A stretch of 64,000 nt of DNA, taken from IMG/VR virus record IMGVR_UViG_3300033072_000529; one strand, 5' to 3'. Of this stretch, positions 10,431 to 19,060 are shown piece after piece; within the stretch, counting starts at the first letter, position 1; every line of letters begins with the position of its first letter. The stretch is from a virus. Its lineage: Duplodnaviria > Caudoviricetes. A program made the position numbers and the translations under genes. Below the pieces are notes generated by a model. That model was not told the DNA's origin. It made no database searches and saw only the letters and a program-made list of their open reading frames with translations.

Positions 10431-10459
10431 TTGCACAAAACAGTTTATTTTGATAAATT
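10431..10459 (+). promoter_or_regulatory. sigma70-type promoter, probably leaderless
   Basis: TTGCAC-N17-TAAATT-N6-ATG(10466). Confidence 0.55.
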
Positions 10460-10465
10460 GTTAGG

Positions 10466-11449
10466 ATGCATAAAAAGCGAATTTTGATTACTGGTGGACT
10501 AGGATTCATAGGCACACATTGCCTTCAATTGTGGAAGAGCCTAGGATGGGACATAACCATAATCGATAATTTATCATCCAACACCTTGTCACCTAATGAT
10601 CCCTTGGTGCAGGATGTTCAAGTAATAATCGGTGATATCTTAACCTTTGAATGGGATGAGTCTTTACCTCATTTCGATATGATTTTACACCTTGCATCAC
10701 CGGTCGGACCAGTCGGAGTGCTTAAACATTCTGGCAAAATGGCTAGATTGATTATAGATGATATATATTGGGTAGTGGCAGGTGCCAAGAAGAATAAATG
10801 TCCATTGGTGTTTGTGTCTACGTCGGAGATATATGGTCATAGAGAAGAGAAGTCATATCTATCCGAAGAGGATGATAAGGTTCTACATGGTCCGTTCACT
10901 GTTAGAAACGAGTACTCTATGGCAAAATTACTATCGGAAATAGTTCTGGTGAATCAAGCACGTATAGATAAATCATTCCGGTATCAGATTATCCGCCCAT
11001 TTAATGTCACTGGAGAATATCAACTACCAGATGGTGGGTTTGTACTACCACGTTTCGTAGAACAAGCCTTGACAAATAAACCAATCACGGTATACTATAC
11101 AGGACAGCAATTACGTGCCTTTACTTGGGTAAAAGATATAGTGAAGGGAATACAATTGGTATCAGAAGCACCCGATAATCTATGGAATCAAGAATGGAAT
11201 ATAGGTAATGAGCAAAACGAGCGATCAATCTTTTATTTGGCTGATAAAGTCAAAACCTTGACAGCTTCTTCATCCCCCATAAGCCATGTTGATCCGACCA
11301 TATTACATGGTCCGCTTTTTTCAGAAGCACCCGAAAAAATACCTAACAGTGATAAGATAAAAACCTTACTAGGTTGGACCCCTACCAAGGGAGTCGATGA
11401 AGTTATAAAAGAAGTAATAACATTTTACAAAAAACGATTAAATCAATAA
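10466..11449 (+). CDS. NAD-dependent nucleotide-sugar epimerase/dehydratase (UDP-GlcA decarboxylase-like SDR)
   Basis: ITGGLGFIG, HLASP, STSEIYG, YSMAK, RPFN. Confidence 0.9.
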   Translation: MHKKRILITGGLGFIGTHCLQLWKSLGWDITIIDNLSSNTLSPNDPLVQDVQVIIGDILTFEWDESLPHFDMILHLASPVGPVGVLKHSGKMARLIIDDIYWVVAGAKKNKCPLVFVSTSEIYGHREEKSYLSEEDDKVLHGPFTVRNEYSMAKLLSEIVLVNQARIDKSFRYQIIRPFNVTGEYQLPDGGFVLPRFVEQALTNKPITVYYTGQQLRAFTWVKDIVKGIQLVSEAPDNLWNQEWNIGNEQNERSIFYLADKVKTLTASSSPISHVDPTILHGPLFSEAPEKIPNSDKIKTLLGWTPTKGVDEVIKEVITFYKKRLNQ

Positions 11450-11450
11450 T

Positions 11451-11537
11451 ATGAGTGATCAGCAAAATCCTTTCACATGCAAAGCATTATATAGTATTGT
11501 TGGGTTATCAGTACCGAATTTATCAGAAATACCATGA
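11451..11537 (+). CDS. unannotated 28-aa micro-ORF (MSDQQNPFTCKALYSIVGLSVPNLSEIP)
   Basis: ATG 1 nt after the upstream stop; its TGA overlaps the next ATG (ATGA). Confidence 0.4.
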   Translation: MSDQQNPFTCKALYSIVGLSVPNLSEIP

Positions 11538-12526
11538 AAATAGCTTTCCATTCATATCAACTAGGAGAACGCGGGACTGAGATATGCCTGTATAAATACG
11601 CCAAGTATAATAAAGAAATACTTGGCAATGAATCCATTATAATATCTACGAGTTCTAGGCCCATACCATCCGCAGAGAGATTCAGGGAATTCCCTACTTT
11701 TTTATACCCCGATATATGGCAAAACGATGGAAAGAATGTGCAGTTGCGTTCTACGCTGGAGAAATTATGTGAACGCGAGAAAGTGGATGCGTTTTATGCT
11801 ATCAAAGGGGGTGAAGATGATGGGTTTATGCCTACTAACACTAGAAGATTGGCCCATTGTATATTTCGATGTGATCAACCCCATGGGGATCGTTGGGCAG
11901 GTGTGTGTAAATATATAGCTGATAAAGGCGGAAAGGGATTTCCATGGGTATATCATATAGTGGAAAAGGAGGCACCGGATTGTCACGATGATTATCGCGA
12001 ACACTTTAATATTCCCAAGGATGCCTTGGTATTAGGGAGGCATGGTGGTTATGATACATTCAGTTTATCATCTATAACTACACCTGCAATAACAACAGCA
12101 TTAAATAACCGATCAGATTTACATTTCGTATTTCTCAACACTAAGAAGTTCATTGATCATCCCCGAGTCCATCACTTACCATGGACCATGAATGAAACAG
12201 AGAAAGCTAAATTTGTCAATACTTGCGATGCAATGATACATGCTCGTTATGACGGAGAAATTTTCTCCCTATCCACCGCTGAATTCTCCGTAAGAAATAA
12301 ACCGATTATAACATGGAAACCTGATAATATACCGGGACATTACGACACAGGGCATTTAGAGGTTTTACAAGGTAGTGCATATTATTATAATAGTGTATCC
12401 AAATTAGCGGATATTATGACTTTTTTGGATAAAAAAGATATTGCGAAACACGATTGGAACGTGTATGGTGATACCTATTCACCATTGAATGTGATGAATC
12501 AGTTCAATGATGTCTTTCTAAAATAA
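11534..12526 (+). CDS. GT-B (GT4-like) glycosyltransferase
   Basis: RGTE N-terminal motif, GRHGG, CDAMIHAR.DGEIFSLSTAEF (Ex7E). Confidence 0.8.
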   Translation: MKIAFHSYQLGERGTEICLYKYAKYNKEILGNESIIISTSSRPIPSAERFREFPTFLYPDIWQNDGKNVQLRSTLEKLCEREKVDAFYAIKGGEDDGFMPTNTRRLAHCIFRCDQPHGDRWAGVCKYIADKGGKGFPWVYHIVEKEAPDCHDDYREHFNIPKDALVLGRHGGYDTFSLSSITTPAITTALNNRSDLHFVFLNTKKFIDHPRVHHLPWTMNETEKAKFVNTCDAMIHARYDGEIFSLSTAEFSVRNKPIITWKPDNIPGHYDTGHLEVLQGSAYYYNSVSKLADIMTFLDKKDIAKHDWNVYGDTYSPLNVMNQFNDVFLK

Positions 12527-12547
12527 TGAGAACAGTATAATTACACA

Positions 12548-13222
12548 ATGGAAATATTAGAACAAACACACGGGGAATCCGTAAACGAAGGACATTTGGG
12601 GGGTTTTGCCATCGGCGGAGACGGCGGAACATATTATCCTATAATGTGGAAATATCTGGTGGAAGAGTATGGGGTGAAATCCGTATTAGATGTAGGTTGC
12701 GGTCGAGGCTATGCAGCCCGTTTCTTTAAAAGCCTGGGATGTGAGATTAGGGGCGTAGATGGGGCACAACGTGCCAAAACTGAATCTTTGATACCCGAAG
12801 ACTTCATACACTTCGACTATACTACTGGACCTTTGGTGATCAATAGAGTATCTCCCAATGGATTGTTGAGTATGGATCAACGGGTTCAACCTAAACAGTT
12901 TGACCTGGGATGGACCTGCGAATTTGTGGAGCACGTGGAAGAAAAGTATATTCCTAATTTTATGGCGACTTTATCTCAATGCAAATATGTCGCCATGACC
13001 TTTGCATCTCCTGGCCAAGGAGGGCATCACCATGTCAATGAGAATACCCAAGATTATTGGATTGGTAAATTTAAGGAGTACGGGTTCAATTGGGATAATA
13101 TAGGAACACAAATTCTGCGGAATTATGCCCTAAAAGATAAGGAAGAACGATTGAAGATACCAAATCATCCATATTTCATCTCCCATTTTATAGATAGAGG
13201 TTTATTATTCCAAAAAGCGTAA
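12548..13222 (+). CDS. class I SAM-dependent methyltransferase
   Basis: VLDVGCGRG, GVDG, EFVEHV, PGQGGHHHVNE. Confidence 0.85.
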   Translation: MEILEQTHGESVNEGHLGGFAIGGDGGTYYPIMWKYLVEEYGVKSVLDVGCGRGYAARFFKSLGCEIRGVDGAQRAKTESLIPEDFIHFDYTTGPLVINRVSPNGLLSMDQRVQPKQFDLGWTCEFVEHVEEKYIPNFMATLSQCKYVAMTFASPGQGGHHHVNENTQDYWIGKFKEYGFNWDNIGTQILRNYALKDKEERLKIPNHPYFISHFIDRGLLFQKA

Positions 13223-13225
13223 TAT

Positions 13226-14215
13226 ATGATAGTAGCCAGCGTACCATTGCGAATATCCCTAGTGGGAGGATCAACTGATCAACCAGCATTTCTTGCCAAG
13301 TATGGCACTGGAGAGGTTATATCTTTTCCGTGTGATTTAAGGGTATATGCATCAGTTCATCGAGATGTGTTAGGGACTAATGGTAAGCGAAATAAGTGGA
13401 TCATAAATTATTCCAAGAGGGAAGAAGTATCTGATGTAGTTAATATTCATAATGATGTAGTACGGGAAACCCTATTATGTTTCGATGTGGAACCCTGTAC
13501 AATATCCTTGACTTCCGATGTTCCATCCTATGGATCAGGTTTAGCATGTTCCTCTGCATATATCATGGCATTGGTCGCAGCATTGAATCCCCATCTTAAC
13601 GAGGAAGTCATATGTTCAGTGGCATACGAGATAGAACGACGTATAAATCCTAGTGTAGGATTACAGGATTTCTATGGCTCAACAAAAGGTGGACTGCGCC
13701 GGTTGACTTTTTCGTCTATGAAGGATGACACCCCTGCTTGTACCCAAGTCCTGGGATATAATGATTCAATATTTGACACCATGAAGGAATCTAATATCTA
13801 CATGATGTTGGTGCCTACGGGTATTAGTAGGAGTTCTACAGAAGTATTAAAGACTCTAGATGTAGATGCATGCAGAGTTCTACTAGACGATGTACAGCAT
13901 ATGCATTATATATTGACGGGTACACTAGCTACAGGGGTTTCCCGACTAGATGAGGTAGCCACATTGTTGACTACTACGTGGGAACATAAGAAGAATACTT
14001 CTACCATGATAACACAAAATCCAGCAATCAAGGATTTAGATGATGCATTGGGATCGAATCCTCTAGTTAAAGGACGAAAATTGTGTGGGGCAGGCAATGG
14101 TGGGTACTTTTTTGTTCTGCTACATGCACCGTCTGACGCACAACGGCTAGGATTTTCCGCTAAATATGGCGCAGTTCCGATTAAATGCGATCACACTGGT
14201 ATAATTATAAAATAA
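13226..14215 (+). CDS. hddA: GHMP sugar kinase, heptose-7-phosphate kinase-like
   Basis: PLRISLVGGSTD, P.YGSGLACSSA, GLQD, KLCGAGNGG. Confidence 0.8.
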   Translation: MIVASVPLRISLVGGSTDQPAFLAKYGTGEVISFPCDLRVYASVHRDVLGTNGKRNKWIINYSKREEVSDVVNIHNDVVRETLLCFDVEPCTISLTSDVPSYGSGLACSSAYIMALVAALNPHLNEEVICSVAYEIERRINPSVGLQDFYGSTKGGLRRLTFSSMKDDTPACTQVLGYNDSIFDTMKESNIYMMLVPTGISRSSTEVLKTLDVDACRVLLDDVQHMHYILTGTLATGVSRLDEVATLLTTTWEHKKNTSTMITQNPAIKDLDDALGSNPLVKGRKLCGAGNGGYFFVLLHAPSDAQRLGFSAKYGAVPIKCDHTGIIIK

Positions 14216-14216
14216 C

Positions 14217-14717
14217 ATGAATATCAAAGACTTACAAAATGCAATTGCATCTATAGATGCAGATAAACTGGTTCAGTTGGAGAAACTGATACATAAGCAT
14301 AAGCATATTATAATACTGGGTAATGGAGGAAGCAATGCGATTGCTCAGCATATAGCACAGGATTATACAAAAGTATTAAAGAAACAAGCAATATGTTTTG
14401 CGGATGCTAGTAGACTAACGTGTTATATAAATGACTACGGTATGGATATGGCATATAGAATCTTCATACAGGATTTTGTACGACCGGATACACTGGTTAT
14501 TCTTATATCGTCCTCTGGAGAGTCTGTGAATATGATTCACGCCGCAGATTATTGTAGATTTCATTCTGTACCGTATATAACATTGACGGGTTTCAGTGGT
14601 ACGAATACTCTCCATACTATTGGTCAAGGTACTGCTGCCTTGACATTTCTAGTGGATTCTTTATCATATGGGGTTGTGGAATTAACACATGAAGCAATAT
14701 TACATACAGTATGTTAG
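14217..14717 (+). CDS. gmhA: SIS-domain sedoheptulose-7-phosphate isomerase-like
   Basis: GNGGS.AIAQH, NDYG, ISSSGES.N, LTGF, YGVVE..H. Confidence 0.85.
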   Translation: MNIKDLQNAIASIDADKLVQLEKLIHKHKHIIILGNGGSNAIAQHIAQDYTKVLKKQAICFADASRLTCYINDYGMDMAYRIFIQDFVRPDTLVILISSSGESVNMIHAADYCRFHSVPYITLTGFSGTNTLHTIGQGTAALTFLVDSLSYGVVELTHEAILHTVC

Positions 14718-15334
14718 ATCGTTGCAAAATATTACAATGGTTAATATCTGACCTTCGGGCGTGGGCAGTTCTGTGGGGTATGATATACATAGGTATAATG
14801 AATGCTAATGGAGAGTTGGCATTGCTATCTATTATAACCAATATAGGTCTGATTACTATATTAGCGGCGATATATAGAGATTGGGCTAATTCGTACACCC
14901 CTCAGGTTCCTACGTATGGTATAATAGCTGGTACATTTGATGTTATTCACCCTGGCTATGCGGCATTATTCAAAGAATGTCAATCCAAATGTGACCACTT
15001 AATAGTGGCATTGCATCGTGATCCATCCATGGAACGAGGAAATAAGACTACACCTGTTCTAAGCTTGGCGGATCGACAGCAAATACTGGAATGCCTCAAA
15101 CCGGTATATAAAGTAGAAGTATATTCGACCGAAAAAGAGTTATATAATATACTAGCCCGCTATGCACTATCTGCTGCAAAGCAGGATATACATTTGATTC
15201 GATTTCTAGGCGATGATTATAAGGATAAAAGTATAACAGGACAAGACTTGAACATTCCGATACATTACACCAGCCGAACACATGGCTGGAGTGCGACTAA
15301 ATTTAAACAATTAATATATGATTCCATCAATTAA
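14711..15334 (+). CDS. cytidylyltransferase-like (HxGH family) nucleotidyltransferase with hydrophobic N-terminal extension
   Basis: AGTFDVIHPGY, LIVALH.DPS.ER..K, GDDY, R.HGWSAT. Confidence 0.8.
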   Translation: MLDRCKILQWLISDLRAWAVLWGMIYIGIMNANGELALLSIITNIGLITILAAIYRDWANSYTPQVPTYGIIAGTFDVIHPGYAALFKECQSKCDHLIVALHRDPSMERGNKTTPVLSLADRQQILECLKPVYKVEVYSTEKELYNILARYALSAAKQDIHLIRFLGDDYKDKSITGQDLNIPIHYTSRTHGWSATKFKQLIYDSIN

Positions 15335-16217
15335 AAAAGTTCTAGTTACAGGAGGAGCAGGGTTCATAGGGTCTAATCTAGTGGATGCGCTTATATTACG
15401 GGGATATCAGGTAATATGTGTGGATAATGAATCTGCGGTTTCTAATGAGAAATTCTATTGGAATCCATTAGCAGAAAATCATAAAGTATCGATCTTAGAT
15501 GCAGACACTGGCGATCTATTCCGCGATGTACACTGTGTATTTCATATGGCAGCAGAGTCTCGTATACAGACTGCTATTGCTGATCCTCGATATGCCTATA
15601 CCAATAACATTATAGGCACATACAATGTCGTAGAGTGGTGTAAAAAACATAAAGTGTCCAAATTGGTGTATTCGTCTACCTCATCTGTGTATGGAAATAA
15701 TATATTATCATCTGATACTCATAAAGTGGATTGTTTGAATCCATATTCTGTATCTAAATACGCAGGAGAACAAATCGTATCAACTCATGCCAAAATGGGT
15801 GACTTCCAATCATGTATTTTTCGGTATTTTAATGTATATGGAGAACGATCCCCCACTAAAGGATCATATGCGCCCGTGGTTGGAATATTCTTAAATCAAT
15901 ATAAGAATGATAGACCCTTGACTATAGTCGGTTCAGGATTTAACACACGCGATTTCGTGCATGTGTCCGACATAGTTGAGGCAAATATATTGGCAATGAA
16001 CACCTTCACAGGGATGAGTATTGGTCCCCTGAATATCGGAACAGGGAAATCATATAGTATAAAAGCTATAGCCAATATGATTTGTAAAAATCATATATAT
16101 ATTCCTGCCAGGATAGGAGAAGCAGCATCTACTTGGGCAGATATATATCTTGCCAATAGCATATTAGGCTACACTCCCCGAGTAGATATTGAAACATGGA
16201 TACAATCCCAGCTATGA
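15318..16217 (+). CDS. NAD-dependent nucleotide-sugar epimerase (GalE/HldD-like SDR)
   Basis: VTGGAGFIGS, HMAA, SSTSSVYG, YSVSK, RYFNVYG, RDFVHV. Confidence 0.9.
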   Translation: MIPSIKKVLVTGGAGFIGSNLVDALILRGYQVICVDNESAVSNEKFYWNPLAENHKVSILDADTGDLFRDVHCVFHMAAESRIQTAIADPRYAYTNNIIGTYNVVEWCKKHKVSKLVYSSTSSVYGNNILSSDTHKVDCLNPYSVSKYAGEQIVSTHAKMGDFQSCIFRYFNVYGERSPTKGSYAPVVGIFLNQYKNDRPLTIVGSGFNTRDFVHVSDIVEANILAMNTFTGMSIGPLNIGTGKSYSIKAIANMICKNHIYIPARIGEAASTWADIYLANSILGYTPRVDIETWIQSQL

Positions 16218-16936
16218 CCAAAACTGCAATATGTATAAGTGGGGAATTACGATCCATAGATACATGCTTTCCGAAATTACAAACCAATGTACTAGATACT
16301 CTAGCAGACTATGATATCTATTACTTTGGTTGGACTGATGACCCCAATATAGATAAATTATCCATATTGGAGAAACACCCAAATATCAAAGATATTGCTA
16401 TAGAATCCAGAAAAAAGTTCAATATAGATTATTACTACCCTATAAAACAGCCTAATATACAGTATTTGAATATACTTCGGCAGTTTTATTGCTTACAAGC
16501 TGTGAATAATCTAAAAAACAGTCATAATATATCATATGATATCAATATACGGGTTCGACCCGATTTGTATATTAGAAACAAATTACAGGAGGATTTATAT
16601 GAATGTGATATGAATAAATTATGGTTACTGGATCATGATAATTGGCATGGGTATTCAGATAGATTGTATATATCTAACACCCCTATTATGGATATTGTAT
16701 CCAATCGTATTGATAACATCCGAGAGTACAACTTGTTGGGTGCTATTGCGGAATATGAGGGATTTTTACAATTCGTGTGTAATTGTCACGATGTTGAGGT
16801 CGATAGATTATCGTTGAAAACGCATTTATTACGCACCAACGGCGATACAGAGGGGGAATTGGTTGCTCTGGAGCGGGGAGAAATAGAATTAAGACCCCGT
16901 GGTATATATCATATTGCACAAAATGCTTACATTTAA
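16214..16936 (+). CDS. putative glycosyltransferase-like protein (start moved to ATG 16214)
   Basis: AICISGELR...YD..IRVRPDL pattern typical of polysaccharide-cluster proteins. Confidence 0.55.
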   Translation: MTKTAICISGELRSIDTCFPKLQTNVLDTLADYDIYYFGWTDDPNIDKLSILEKHPNIKDIAIESRKKFNIDYYYPIKQPNIQYLNILRQFYCLQAVNNLKNSHNISYDINIRVRPDLYIRNKLQEDLYECDMNKLWLLDHDNWHGYSDRLYISNTPIMDIVSNRIDNIREYNLLGAIAEYEGFLQFVCNCHDVEVDRLSLKTHLLRTNGDTEGELVALERGEIELRPRGIYHIAQNAYI

Positions 16937-16962
16937 GCATATTGCGATATAAATACGATATT

Positions 16963-17169
16963 ATGGCAATGACAACCTCCAGCGCATTCGGTATATCTAA
17001 CAATCAACGCACTCTAATACAGGGTGAACCATCTCAAGTTCAATCTCCTAGACAAGAACAAGTAGTAGTCGATCAAAAGGCAGTACTTCTCAAAAAAGCA
17101 GTAGACGATTATACTGCGGGCAAGATAACAAAGGAACAGTTTGAAACTATAAGTAAAGCTCTGAAATAA
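16963..17169 (+). CDS. small late protein with SHOCT-like C-terminus
   Basis: TATAAATA at 16948-16955 precedes ATG 16963; C-terminal Y..GKITKEQFE. Confidence 0.5.
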   Translation: MAMTTSSAFGISNNQRTLIQGEPSQVQSPRQEQVVVDQKAVLLKKAVDDYTAGKITKEQFETISKALK

Positions 17170-17205
17170 GCCTTTACTTATTGCGATGACGGTGTAACAT
17201 AAGGC

Positions 17206-17904
17206 ATGAATTACACCGTCATCGTACATGAACCCACTTTGGTCCAGTTTATTAACTGGTTGCCTGATAATGAGGCACATGAGCAATATTATATGTCGCT
17301 TTTTGCGCGTAAGAAGTATTATCCCCACTTGAAATGGATCAAGAGTGATAAAAGTCAACTGGCTAGAAAAACTAGCACCAAGCAAAAATTACTATCCAAA
17401 ATTCGCCAATTAGAGTGCCCAATTGGCGCATATGTTCAACACCAGGATAATGCTGCTATTCCTCCCGAAGCATTAGCACTATATATAAATCCTAATCCAA
17501 GGGACTTATATAAAGCCACATTGCACGGCTTAAGCGACTTTGCTAAGTTGATCGAAACACAAGCGAAGAATTACAATCCTCATCAAGAGATATTATCGAC
17601 TATACAGCGAACATCATCTAGAAAAGTGTGGATTGATTTTGATATAGATTGTTTAGATGATAGTGTTCTACCTAAAATCCATTCTATATTAGGAGATAAT
17701 AAAGCTTGTAGACGAATTTTACGCACCCGTGGGGGATACCATGTGTTGGTCAAGCCTGACATGGTGCCCGATTCAGTAGCTCGTACTTGGTATAAGAATC
17801 TAGCATCTATGGCAGATGTCAAAGGTGATAATATGATTCCCGTACCGGGATGTATACAAGGTTATATAGATGGCGAACCCTTTTACCCTCGATTTGTAGA
17901 TTGA
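17206..17904 (+). CDS. AEP/primase-polymerase-superfamily-like protein
   Basis: WIDFDID (hhDhD) and RTRGGYH (sxH) motifs; promoter TTTACT-N16-TAACAT 5 nt before ATG. Confidence 0.55.
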   Translation: MNYTVIVHEPTLVQFINWLPDNEAHEQYYMSLFARKKYYPHLKWIKSDKSQLARKTSTKQKLLSKIRQLECPIGAYVQHQDNAAIPPEALALYINPNPRDLYKATLHGLSDFAKLIETQAKNYNPHQEILSTIQRTSSRKVWIDFDIDCLDDSVLPKIHSILGDNKACRRILRTRGGYHVLVKPDMVPDSVARTWYKNLASMADVKGDNMIPVPGCIQGYIDGEPFYPRFVD

Positions 17905-17907
17905 TAT

Positions 17908-18486
17908 ATGAACAACTATTACACTAGTGATTGGCATCTAGGCGACCCTAGAATAGGTAACAATGGTAAACCTAATGTATTTTACCGTGATTTTCCTTCC
18001 ATATGGAGACAGAATAATATCATGGTGCAATCATTACAATATGATTTTCAAGATGGTGATACCTTATGGCATTTAGGTGATGTTGTATATGACATTGAAG
18101 CACCTGATGAAGGAGGACAATCAGCAGAATATTATATGGATCGCTTGCGAAACAAATATCCAAAATCTAAATTTAATTTGATTTTAGGTAATTATGATGT
18201 GGGTAAAGAGGATTGGCTACAGAAGTACTTTGATCAGTTGTATACTGATACATCGGTTACGATTAATGGTAGAGAGTACTACATGAATCATTACCCTGTT
18301 AATTGTCTAGACAAAGAATTTTCCTTGACAGGGCATATCCACGGATTATGGAAGGTGCAGCATAATATGATCAATGTAGGAGTGGATGCATGGCATAATA
18401 AGGTGGTATCAGACAATACTATTGATTTTTGTAGAACTGCATGCGAGAAATATTACGATAAAAATGCATTTCCTTATAAACCTTGA
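17908..18486 (+). CDS. calcineurin-like metallophosphoesterase
   Basis: SDWH, HLGD, GNYD, HYP, GHIH, NVGVD. Confidence 0.85.
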   Translation: MNNYYTSDWHLGDPRIGNNGKPNVFYRDFPSIWRQNNIMVQSLQYDFQDGDTLWHLGDVVYDIEAPDEGGQSAEYYMDRLRNKYPKSKFNLILGNYDVGKEDWLQKYFDQLYTDTSVTINGREYYMNHYPVNCLDKEFSLTGHIHGLWKVQHNMINVGVDAWHNKVVSDNTIDFCRTACEKYYDKNAFPYKP

Positions 18487-18491
18487 ACAAT

Positions 18492-19052
18492 ATGAAAACA
18501 ATACGATACGAGACAACCCAAGAAGAATTAGAGAAGCTAGATCATTCAAAACCTGTCATATTTCTGGCAGGACCGACTGTTAGAGGCAACCAAACTCATC
18601 TAACATCTTGGAGGTTTGATGCTATCGATGAATTCCAGAAGGCTGGATTTGATGGTACTTTGATAGTACCGGAATTCACCAGCAAGACTGAATCCGATCA
18701 ACATCGATATGATATTCCTCTTTGGGAATACACTGGGCTGTGCAAGGCTGATTGCATCATGTTCTGGATACCTAGAACGCGAGAGTTGATCGGTTTGACC
18801 ACTAATCACGAACTAGGGTATTGGATGGCTAGACAGCGGGAAAAGCTAGTATATGGTCGCCCACCGACGGCATATCGCATGGCATATTGTGATATCATGT
18901 GGCGGATAGATGCCAGTCGATATAATACTGCCACATCCACTACTATATATGATACCCTGCAAGATACCGTATCAGCGGCTAAAACCATGGCAGAAAAAGC
19001 GTTCAAGAATAATTCGACATATTTACTGGATTCTGCACCATCGATGGTGTAA
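18492..19052 (+). CDS. nucleoside 2-deoxyribosyltransferase-like protein
   Basis: IFLAGPT...SWR, WE..GL..AD.IMFW, TTNHELG. Confidence 0.75.
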   Translation: MKTIRYETTQEELEKLDHSKPVIFLAGPTVRGNQTHLTSWRFDAIDEFQKAGFDGTLIVPEFTSKTESDQHRYDIPLWEYTGLCKADCIMFWIPRTRELIGLTTNHELGYWMARQREKLVYGRPPTAYRMAYCDIMWRIDASRYNTATSTTIYDTLQDTVSAAKTMAEKAFKNNSTYLLDSAPSMV

Positions 19053-19060
19053 GATAGTAT

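Noticed and set aside
1588-16936. Island as a host LPS/capsule locus (bacterial contamination or prophage flank)
   Set aside because: Flanked by gp47 and gp46, same composition and promoter style as the phage genes, and no wzx/wzy/ABC export genes
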